Source: a bacterium
Lineage (GTDB): Bacteria; Zhuqueibacterota; Zhuqueibacteria; Oceanimicrobiales; Oceanimicrobiaceae
Reading direction: 5' to 3'
DNA: 16,249 nucleotides
NCBI GenBank assembly: GCA_037446635.1
Contig: JBBIIG010000014.1
Span: 1-16,249, forward strand
Position numbers and translations under genes: made by a program. Numbering within the stretch: position 1 is the stretch's first letter; each line of letters opens with the position of its first letter. Below are positions 8,049-15,460 of the stretch, piece after piece. The notes beneath the pieces are model-generated. The model did not search any database. It had not been told where the DNA came from and worked only from the letters and a program-made list of their open reading frames with translations.

Positions 8049-8106
8049 TCCAATTTGTTGTGACGGTAATCACTTCATAATACGCGAGAATTTAGGAGGA
8101 GAAGCC

Positions 8107-8730
8107 ATGAAATCATTTTTGTTCGACGGCGCTGCCGCGCACCAAAAAAAGCTGCAGGCCTTCGAGGCATTGGCATTTGAGCATGTAAATGCTCTCTACC
8201 GCGCCAGCCTGTATTTGACGCGGAATCGTTTAGACGCCGAAGACCTGGTGCAAGATGTCTATCTGCGCGCATTTCGCTTTTTCGATCATTTTCAGCCGGG
8301 GACGAATTTCAAGGCTTGGTTTTTCACCATACTGCGGAACACGTTCATCAACCACTACCGGAAAAACAAGCGCCAACCAGAGGTGCTCGCGTTCGACAAA
8401 GCGGCGTTCGTATCGGATACGAACGAGGGAGCGCCGGCATCGCGATACATCGATCGCTATGACCAAGCGCACTACCAAGATATGTTTAGCGATCAAATCC
8501 AAGCCGCATTAGACCGGCTTCCGGAGGCGTATCGCATGGTGGTGCTGTTGGCGGATATCGAAGAATTTCCTTATCACGACATCGCCGAGATCATCGGTTG
8601 CCCCATCGGCACCGTGATGTCGCGGCTCTCCCGCGGGCGCCGGCAACTTCAAAGATATCTAAAGGACTATGCCTATCGTGAAGGATATATTGGAAGAGCC
8701 GTTGCTCTTCGAAGGGAAGCGTCAATTTAA
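8107..8730 (+). CDS. ECF sigma factor, SigR/SigH-like
   Basis: DAEDLVQDVYLRAFRFFDHFQPGTNFKAW (region 2) and LADIEEFPYHDIAEIIGCPIGTVMSRLSRGR (region 4). AGGAGG RBS. Confidence 0.93.
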   Translation: MKSFLFDGAAAHQKKLQAFEALAFEHVNALYRASLYLTRNRLDAEDLVQDVYLRAFRFFDHFQPGTNFKAWFFTILRNTFINHYRKNKRQPEVLAFDKAAFVSDTNEGAPASRYIDRYDQAHYQDMFSDQIQAALDRLPEAYRMVVLLADIEEFPYHDIAEIIGCPIGTVMSRLSRGRRQLQRYLKDYAYREGYIGRAVALRREASI

Positions 8731-8840
8731 CCGGTTATGGCAAGGAAATTTGCAATGGGATTATTCAATGTCGCCTTCCCGACACTTTTAGGCCATCGTG
8801 CTTTTGTTACATATAGCGGAATTGACATAGAGGAGCAAAC

Positions 8841-9677
8841 GTGTCGTTGCAAGAAAAACTCAAGACGCTGCTGTCGGCGAGGTTGAATCGTGAAGTTGAA
8901 AAGTACGAGATGCGCATGCCTAACAACATGTCCCAACTTTTCGCGCTCATTCGTCCGGGCGATGTGGTTTTGGTGGAAGGGAAGCAGCGTATCAGCCGGG
9001 CGATCAAGTTTTTTACCAACAGTGTCTGGAGCCACATGGCGCTTTACATTGGTGGGGCCTTGATCAATTCACCGCGCGTTGACGCCGTCCCTATTCGGCA
9101 GAAATTCGGTGAAGAGGCGGAGCGTTTGCTTGTGGAAGCGCTGCCTGGTGTGGGGGTGGTGGCCAATCCCCTGGCAAAATACGCAACCTACAATCTGCGT
9201 GTCTGCCGGCCTTTCAAAATTCATCCGGATGATTTACAGGTTGTCATCGACATGGTAATCAGCGACCTCGGAAAAAGCTACGACGAACGTAACATCATCG
9301 ACCTCGCCATACAGCTTTTGCCGCTGGAAATTTGGCCGCTGCGTAAGAAACATTTTTCGAAGTGCATTGGAGAATGCAACGAGTTTCGAGTGACGTGTTC
9401 CGGACATATTGCCAGGGCTTTTCAAAAGGTAAACTATCCGATACTGCCGGCAATGCCCAGCCGCGGAGAGGTGTGGGGATCAGACAAACAAGTTTCCTGC
9501 GCAGTGCCGTCGGACATGAGGCATTATTCGCAAATCGTGCCGCGGGACTTCGATTTGAGCCCCAACTTTGAAATCATCAATTTCAACTTAGATACTTCTT
9601 CCCCTTCTTTATCATGGGAACATAAGTCGAAGGCGATGGGGGCGATGAGAGTTTTTTGGGATAACGTTCACAAATAA
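8841..9677 (+). CDS. Permuted papain-like NlpC/P60 (YiiX/YebB-like) cysteine hydrolase
   Basis: IRPGDVVLVEG, WSHMALY (His precedes Cys), TCSGHIARAF (Cys) and PRDFDLSP. GAGGAG RBS before GTG. Confidence 0.85.
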   Translation: MSLQEKLKTLLSARLNREVEKYEMRMPNNMSQLFALIRPGDVVLVEGKQRISRAIKFFTNSVWSHMALYIGGALINSPRVDAVPIRQKFGEEAERLLVEALPGVGVVANPLAKYATYNLRVCRPFKIHPDDLQVVIDMVISDLGKSYDERNIIDLAIQLLPLEIWPLRKKHFSKCIGECNEFRVTCSGHIARAFQKVNYPILPAMPSRGEVWGSDKQVSCAVPSDMRHYSQIVPRDFDLSPNFEIINFNLDTSSPSLSWEHKSKAMGAMRVFWDNVHK

Positions 9678-9688
9678 TGGAGATGAAC

Positions 9689-10300
9689 ATGCGACGTACG
9701 CCCGGTGAAAAGGTTAGTAACATTATCCTACCAGTTATTAATGGCGGGATGTTTGAGCTCAATAGTCTAAAGCGGAAGCGATTTCTGCTTTCCTTCCTGC
9801 GTTTTGCTTCGTGTCCGTTCTGCAACCTGCGGGTGCACGAACTGGTCACGCGATTTTCAGAATTCGGCGAGGGTTTTACAATTGTCGCCATTTTCGATTC
9901 ATCCCTGGAAAATCTCCGCAAACATGCGGAGAAACACGAAGCGCCATTTCCCATTCTGGCCGATGAAAAAAACACTTATTTCCAAGAGTACGGTATTGAG
10001 CACTCGGTCGTCGGAATGTTCAAAGGCATGATCGGCCGCATGCCGACTTTGCTGCGTGCGATGTTTGTAAACGGATACTGGCCGCTGGTGATTAAAGGCA
10101 GCTTGACCACCATGCCCGCGGATTTTCTGGTGCGTGAAGATGGCGTGATTCAAACGGCGTACTACGGCAAAGACGAAGGCGATCATTTGCCGTTTGAGCA
10201 AGTGAAGGCGTTTTCTTTAGCAGCGAAAACTATTAAGGACAATCAAACTATAGTTTCTCAAAGCGGAGCTTTGAGTTACAGCAACTCATCTATTCATTAA
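9689..10300 (+). CDS. Peroxiredoxin-like AhpC/TSA-family redoxin (CxxC)
   Basis: FLRFASCPFC, FPILAD, MPADFLV and YYGKDEGDH. GGAG 6 nt before ATG 9689; alternative starts at 9677 and 9683. Confidence 0.85.
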   Translation: MRRTPGEKVSNIILPVINGGMFELNSLKRKRFLLSFLRFASCPFCNLRVHELVTRFSEFGEGFTIVAIFDSSLENLRKHAEKHEAPFPILADEKNTYFQEYGIEHSVVGMFKGMIGRMPTLLRAMFVNGYWPLVIKGSLTTMPADFLVREDGVIQTAYYGKDEGDHLPFEQVKAFSLAAKTIKDNQTIVSQSGALSYSNSSIH

Positions 10301-10316
10301 CTAAAAGGAGTAAATT

Positions 10317-11105
10317 ATGAAGTATCGCTTTTTAACCATGCTGTTGCCGCTGCTGCTGGCGTTTTCTGCCAACGCGCAGACCAAAAATCCGTGCAACCCG
10401 TGCAGCAAATCTGGAACGGTTTTTCATTTCAAAGATCAAATGGGACGCAACACTGTGACTTTCAAAAGTGAAGCGCCGCTGGAGGATATCATCGGCACCA
10501 CCAATCAAATCAGCGGACAAATCGTCTTTGATCCAAACCATCCGGAAAAAGGCGGGCGTGGTGAGTTCTCCGTGCCCGTGGCAAGTTTGAACACCGGCAT
10601 TCCTCTGCGGGACGAGCATTTGCGTAGCGCCGATTGGCTGGATGCCAGCGCTCACTCCAACATCAAGCTCGCAATCAAAGAAGTAAAAAATCTCAAACCG
10701 GTGAAAGTCACCAACGAATCGGCAACCTATGACGCTATTTTGGTTGCGGATTTCACGCTGCGGGGTCAAACCAAACGTTTGGAGTTTCCCAGCCGGATCA
10801 CCTATCTAAAAGAGAGTGAGATGACCAAAACCAAACTGCCCGGCGATTTATTGGCCGCGCGCGCTGCGTTTGATATCAACCTGGGTGAGTTTGGAGTGAC
10901 CGGCCCGAAGGGCATGAACCTGATTGGCACCAAAGTCGGAGAAACCATCGCGGTGGAAGTCAGTCTGGTGGGCAGCACGTCAATGGCCATGGCAGGGAAC
11001 CCCTGCAACCCCTGTGGCGGCAAGGCGAAGAACCCGTGCAACCCATGCGGCGGCAAAGCTAAAAATCCCTGCAACCCGTGTGGTGGCAAAAATAAGAAGT
11101 CATAG
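10317..11105 (+). CDS. Secreted YceI-family (lipid/polyisoprenoid-binding barrel) protein with NPCNPC repeats
   Basis: Signal peptide ending ANA. F.SEAPLEDI.G, SLNTGIPLRDEHLRS..WLD and FTLRGQTK are YceI motifs. AAGGAG RBS. Confidence 0.88.
   Translation: MKYRFLTMLLPLLLAFSANAQTKNPCNPCSKSGTVFHFKDQMGRNTVTFKSEAPLEDIIGTTNQISGQIVFDPNHPEKGGRGEFSVPVASLNTGIPLRDEHLRSADWLDASAHSNIKLAIKEVKNLKPVKVTNESATYDAILVADFTLRGQTKRLEFPSRITYLKESEMTKTKLPGDLLAARAAFDINLGEFGVTGPKGMNLIGTKVGETIAVEVSLVGSTSMAMAGNPCNPCGGKAKNPCNPCGGKAKNPCNPCGGKNKKS
10998..11096 (+). repeat. Three tandem 33-nt coding repeats (NPCNPCGGK[A/N]K)
   Basis: Units at 10998-11030, 11031-11063 and 11064-11096 differ mostly at synonymous positions. A fourth NPCNPC is at 10386-10403. 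Confidence 0.95.
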
Positions 11106-11150
11106 GTTAAGCACTTATTGGGTTTCGCCGTGCTACCTCCTTACTCGATA

Positions 11151-11186
11151 GCTCGGGGAGGCAATGCGCCTTGCATCTCCCCGAGC
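11151..11186 (+). other. GC-rich intergenic hairpin without U-tract
   Basis: GCTCGGGGAG(GCAA) pairs with (TTGC)..CTCCCCGAGC: a perfect 10-bp outer stem. Confidence 0.65.
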
Positions 11187-11215
11187 AGAAATTTGGTGTG
11201 GAAAGGATTTGAAGT

Positions 11216-12229
11216 ATGCGAAAACACATCTCTATAATATTATCAAGCCTTGTCCCCTTGGCAATTGTGGCGTCGGCTACAGTCATACTCACTGGAAAAT
11301 CACCTGACGGACGCCAGACTCCCAAAGACATGGTGCTTATCCCGGGCGGCGTTTTCAAAATGGGCATGGCCGGATCGAATGCCGATGAAGCGCCCGTGCA
11401 CGTGGTCAAGATCGCGCCCTTTCTTCTGGATCGTTACGAAGTCACCAATCGCCAGTTTGCGGCGTTCGTGGAAGCCACGGGTTACGTGACGCAGGCCGAA
11501 CGTGACGGGTACGCTTGGGGCTATCTCAAAGATGCCAGCGATTTCCAGGCGGTCGCCGGCGCCAACTGGCGGCACCCGGAGGGACCGGAGTCAGGCATTG
11601 CGGATCGGATGGACCACCCCGTGGTGTGTGTGAGCTGGGAAGATGCCGCAGCGTATGCCCGCTGGGCCGGCAAACGCTTGCCTACCGAGGCGGAGTGGGA
11701 GTATGCCGCCCGCGCCGGCAGCGAGCTTCATTTCAAAGCGGGGTTCAATGGCGTCAACTCATCCCCAGCAAGTCAACATCACTCGAATGCGAACGCATTG
11801 CACGACTTATCGCCCTCGGCAAAGAATCATCGATTGGCACATAATCATCAACCTGCCGCACACGTTGAAAATTATGTTTACGTGCCGGCGAATTTTTGGC
11901 AAGGCACCTGGCCAGCCGACAATCAAATGTCGGATGGCTTTTACTATACCGCACCGGTCGGCCGCTTTGCACCCAACGCCTGGAAATTGTACGACATGCT
12001 GGGTAACGTTTGGGAGTGGACGGCCGACTGGTATGGGCCAGATTATTATCAGCATTCACCCGCGGAAAATCCGGCTGGTCCGGAGCGCGGCGAGAATCGT
12101 GTCGCCCGTGGCGGCAGTTGGTTTTGCAGCCCCAATTATTGCGGCGCCTATAACACCAGCTTTCGCGGCGCCAGTCCGCCGGATCACGCGTTCAACAACG
12201 TCGGCTTTCGCTGCGCGGCGGATTTGTGA
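11216..12229 (+). CDS. Formylglycine-generating enzyme (SUMF1/FGE-sulfatase) family protein, exported or membrane-anchored
   Basis: IPGGVFKMG, EVTNRQF, HPVVCVSWEDA, RLPTEAEWEYAAR, LYDMLGNVWEW, RGGSWFCSPNYC and GFRCA. Hydrophobic N-terminus. Confidence 0.92.
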   Translation: MRKHISIILSSLVPLAIVASATVILTGKSPDGRQTPKDMVLIPGGVFKMGMAGSNADEAPVHVVKIAPFLLDRYEVTNRQFAAFVEATGYVTQAERDGYAWGYLKDASDFQAVAGANWRHPEGPESGIADRMDHPVVCVSWEDAAAYARWAGKRLPTEAEWEYAARAGSELHFKAGFNGVNSSPASQHHSNANALHDLSPSAKNHRLAHNHQPAAHVENYVYVPANFWQGTWPADNQMSDGFYYTAPVGRFAPNAWKLYDMLGNVWEWTADWYGPDYYQHSPAENPAGPERGENRVARGGSWFCSPNYCGAYNTSFRGASPPDHAFNNVGFRCAADL

Positions 12230-12238
12230 AAGGCTGAG

Positions 12239-12466
12239 ACTAAGTTCAGGATGTCATAATTATGATGGTGTATTTAAAAATCCGAATATCGAAACTCGTC
12301 AGCTAAAGGCTGATCAATGTTCCAAACAATCGTTTCGGGAATAGTTTCAAAGCAACTGTTTTGAAATTTAGAATTTGGTCATTTGGATTTGTTTCGAATT
12401 TCGAGATTCGAATTTCGGGTTTTAGATCATAAAACGTTATCATATTTGAGAGATTGAATACTAAGT
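12239..12466. repeat. Non-coding inverted-repeat element (MITE/REP-like)
   Basis: Arms at 12275-12298 and 12402-12424 are imperfect reverse complements. Inner hairpins are present and ACTAAGT direct repeats bound both ends. Confidence 0.55.
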
Positions 12467-12502
12467 GAAAGGCAACCTTTGTCAGAATTTTTGGAATGCG
12501 AG

Positions 12503-12838
12503 ATGAACAAACAATCTAAATTAATTCTCGCGTCGACGCTTTTCATCACGCTGGCCAGCGTGATGACCTGGCAACTGACCGGCGGCGATTATTATACGAA
12601 ATTCGAAATTGTGGAAGAGATTGCCCAGCCGCTAGATCCCAACGATCCGCTAGCCGCGGCCGGCTTTTATGATGGTGGGGCGAAACAAACCGTGGTGCGC
12701 GATGAGTTCCGCCTCGGTTTGCTGCCAACGCCGAGCGGCCTGTTCGACAAACACCTTCTTTCCGTCGCCAGCATCGTGGCGCCGGTGTGGTTGCTGGCGC
12801 TGGTATTGTTGTGGCGGGGGAGACGGCGAAACATCTAA
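12503..12838 (+). CDS. Small two-TM hypothetical membrane protein
   Basis: N- and C-terminal hydrophobic helices, an acidic loop (YTKFEIVEE...DEFRLGLLP) and a basic tail. Confidence 0.75.
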   Translation: MNKQSKLILASTLFITLASVMTWQLTGGDYYTKFEIVEEIAQPLDPNDPLAAAGFYDGGAKQTVVRDEFRLGLLPTPSGLFDKHLLSVASIVAPVWLLALVLLWRGRRRNI

Positions 12839-12904
12839 TGAGCGGAAAAGCAGTCGATTCCTAAAAGTGATTCGTGAAATTAGCAACTGTGGAAAAGACA
12901 ACAA

Positions 12905-13168
12905 ATGAGCAAGGTTAAGGTTCAGGTCCTCATCGTCAATGAGTGTTTTGCATGTGCCAAGGTCCTACAGCGGTTGCATCAGGTTAGGAATAGTTTGCCC
13001 GAAATCCATGTCGAAATTTTCAATTTGGATGAAGGGCAAGTCATTCCTGAGGGGCTGAACGCGGTCATCATGCCGGCAACGTATGTCAACGGACAACTCT
13101 TTGCTTATGGAGATTTCGAGCCGCTGGAATTTGTTCGTGCTTTGCAACGCTCAATTGGATTATTGTGA
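12905..13168 (+). CDS. Small thioredoxin/glutaredoxin-like protein (CFAC)
   Basis: Beta-strand followed by CxxC, and cis-Pro motif IMPATYVNG. Confidence 0.8.
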   Translation: MSKVKVQVLIVNECFACAKVLQRLHQVRNSLPEIHVEIFNLDEGQVIPEGLNAVIMPATYVNGQLFAYGDFEPLEFVRALQRSIGLL

Positions 13169-13225
13169 GCTCGCTCGGCGTTGTGGTATTTTAAAGGTTA
13201 ATTTAACAGATGGTGAGGTCAGCTT

Positions 13226-15304
13226 ATGTCGGTAGCGACAAAGATAGAATCGCTCCGCAGCTTTTTCGTTGAGTTGGTCAAGGGCAAACCCGAGCCCGGG
13301 GTTCTGCCAAAACCGGTGCTGGATAAAAATTTTCAGTCAAACGTCAAAGGCCTGTACATTATAGGCGATCTGGCTGGCGCGCCGCTCATTAAAACGGCAG
13401 CAGAACAGGGGACCGTTGTCATTTCCCACCTTTCGTTGAATGGAAAATTGGACGATGGGGATACCGGAGGAGCGAAAGAAGAAAACAGGTACGATGTGAT
13501 TATTGCCGGCGCCGGCGCGGCGGGTCTTTCGGCAGCGTTTGCGGCCCACGAAAAGGGCTTGAAGTACCTGCTGCTGGAGCAGGGTGACGTGGCAAACACC
13601 ATCGGGATTTTTCCGCGCGGAAAAGTTATTTATGGCGAGCCGGTCAACCAGCCGATGTCCGGGCCGTTGTGGCTGCCCGAAAAAAGCACCAAAGAACAGC
13701 TGCTGGAAAACTGGAACAGGCAGGTTCAGAACGAGGGTCTGAACATTCGCACGCGGGAATCGCTGAAGAAAATCGAAAAGAACGGCGTGTTCACAGTTCA
13801 CACCAATAAGGGCCAGTACCGGGCAAAGAACGTCGTGGTTGCCATCGGCAAATTCGGCAATCCTCGTAAGCTGAACGTGCCGGGCGAAAACCAGCGCAAA
13901 GTCTCCAACTATCTCAGCAATCCCGAAGAATTTCGCGGCAAAAAAATCGTGGTAGTGGGCGGCGGTAACGTGGCGGCGGAGGCGGTGTTGGCGCTCTATG
14001 AGCACAACGAGGTGACGATGCTGGTTTGGGAGAACGAGTTCATCTTTCCCAACAAAGAATATGTCGAGCGCATGTTGGAAGCCCAGCGGCTGGGCAAACT
14101 CACCATCCACTTCAATGCGATCGCTAAAGAGATTACCGACCACACGGTGGTGTTCGAACGCAGCGGCCAGCGGCTGGAGGTTGCCAACGATCACGTGTTT
14201 GTGATGATTGGCCAGGAACTGCCGACCAAATTTTTCAAAGAGAGCGGCATCAAACTCGAAGCGCAGTGGAATATCAGCCGCTGGCTGATGCTGGCGCTGT
14301 CGTTCGCTATCGTTTATTCGGTGTACGCGATCAAAGGTTATTTCTGGCCGTTCAATTTGCTGCCGCAAGAGACCTATCAGCTCTGGGGGGAGTCGCCGAG
14401 TTTCTGGTACAGCTAGATCTACACTTTGTTGATGTTGGGCTTTGGCATCCCGGCGATGATCAAATGGGGCAAGAAAAATAAATATCAGCGCTATCGCTTT
14501 CTCACACTCATTGGCGTGCAAGTGGTTTTGCTCTATGCGCTGCCGGAGTTGATCTATCATCTCCTGTTCAACGATCCGAACTACTGGCGGTGGTACGGCC
14601 TCACCTTCGCCTGGCCACTGTTTTTCAATACATTTTTTGATAACCCGCCGCTGTTTTTTGTGGCGTGGGGCGCGTTTTTAGCCTTCGTGGCGCTGCCGAT
14701 TTTCGTGCGCTTTCACGGCAAGCGCTACTGCACCTGGATTTGCTCCTGCGGCGGGCTGGCGGAAACCTTTGGCGATCGCTGGCGTCATCTCGCGCCGAAG
14801 GGTGTGCGCGCCCGACGCTGGGAGATCATGAACTGGCCGATTCTCATCGCTTCGGTTGGCATCACACTTTTGATTGTGCTCGATGTTAAGAATTTCATCA
14901 TCGAACCCTGGAAGCTGAAAACCTGGTACAGTCTCTTCGCCGATACCTGGCTGGTGGGCATCATCGCCATCACGCTCTATCCTTTTTTCGGCGGCAAAGT
15001 GTGGTGCCGCTATTGGTGCCCGCTGGCGAAATACATGGAGCTGCTTTCCCACTGGTTCGGCAAACTTAAAATCAGCAGCAACGACAAGTGCATTCAGTGC
15101 GGCGAGTGTTCGCGCTATTGTGAGGTGGGCATCAACGTCATGCAATTCGCCCGCAATCAACAGGAATTCTCGAACAAAAATACTTCGTGCATTCAATGTG
15201 GTATCTGCATTGCCGTGTGCCCGATGGAGGTATTGAAGTTTGGCGATCAACCTAACCTGAACTATTCAAAAATTGCTGAGAGCCGACGAAGCATCCATGG
15301 GTAA
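13226..15304 (+). pseudogene. YpdA/TrxB-like FAD/NAD(P)H oxidoreductase fused to a NapH/RdxA-like membrane polyferredoxin, interrupted by one in-frame TAG (14414-14416): pseudogene, readthrough or sequence error
   Basis: ORFs 13226-14416 and 14426-15304 share a frame and read ...SFWYS*IYTLLMLGFG... through a TM helix, with no RBS for the second ORF. Motifs: GAGAAG, GGGNVA, CTWICSC, CRYWCP and two CxxCxxCxxxC. Confidence 0.7.
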
Positions 15305-15321
15305 GATGTGTCGACTAAGAT

Positions 15322-15405
15322 GGAGTGATGGATTAATGGATTGGTGGATCAATGCTGTTTTGCTTTTCATCAATCCATCAATCCATCAATCCATTAATCC
15401 ACTCC
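15322..15405. repeat. Inverted repeat built from 8-nt units (TGGATTRA-like / TCAATCCA)
   Basis: Left arm GGAGTGATGGATTAATGGATTGGTGGATCAATG and right arm (CATCAATC)3CATTAATCCACTCC form a long hairpin. Confidence 0.8.
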
Positions 15406-15460
15406 TCAGTAACCGAGACTTTATTAATATAGACTTCATAATTGTAAGAAAGGAGATTCA

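Noticed and set aside
8738..8753. Second sigma54 promoter TGGCAAGGAAATTTGC
   Set aside because: GG-to-GC spacing is 11 rather than the required 10, so it is not called as a feature.
11643..12344. 233-aa alternative-frame ORF overlapping the FGE gene
   Set aside because: Arg/Pro/Ser-rich off-frame translation with no RBS or motifs, and the FGE frame is itself complete.
13226..14416. Flavoprotein as mercuric reductase MerA
   Set aside because: No CxxxxC active site, no dimerisation domain and no C-terminal CC pair. The fold motifs are YpdA/TrxB-type.
13337..14560. 407-aa ORF on the minus strand
   Set aside because: Antisense shadow of the flavoprotein gene with no recognisable motifs. The same applies to the other antisense and nested ORFs in the track.
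15080..15235. 2x[4Fe-4S] domain as the mercury-methylation ferredoxin HgcB
   Set aside because: It is part of a large membrane protein, lacks the C(M/I)ECGAC motif and C-terminal Cys tail, and no hgcA cap-helix motif is present in the window.
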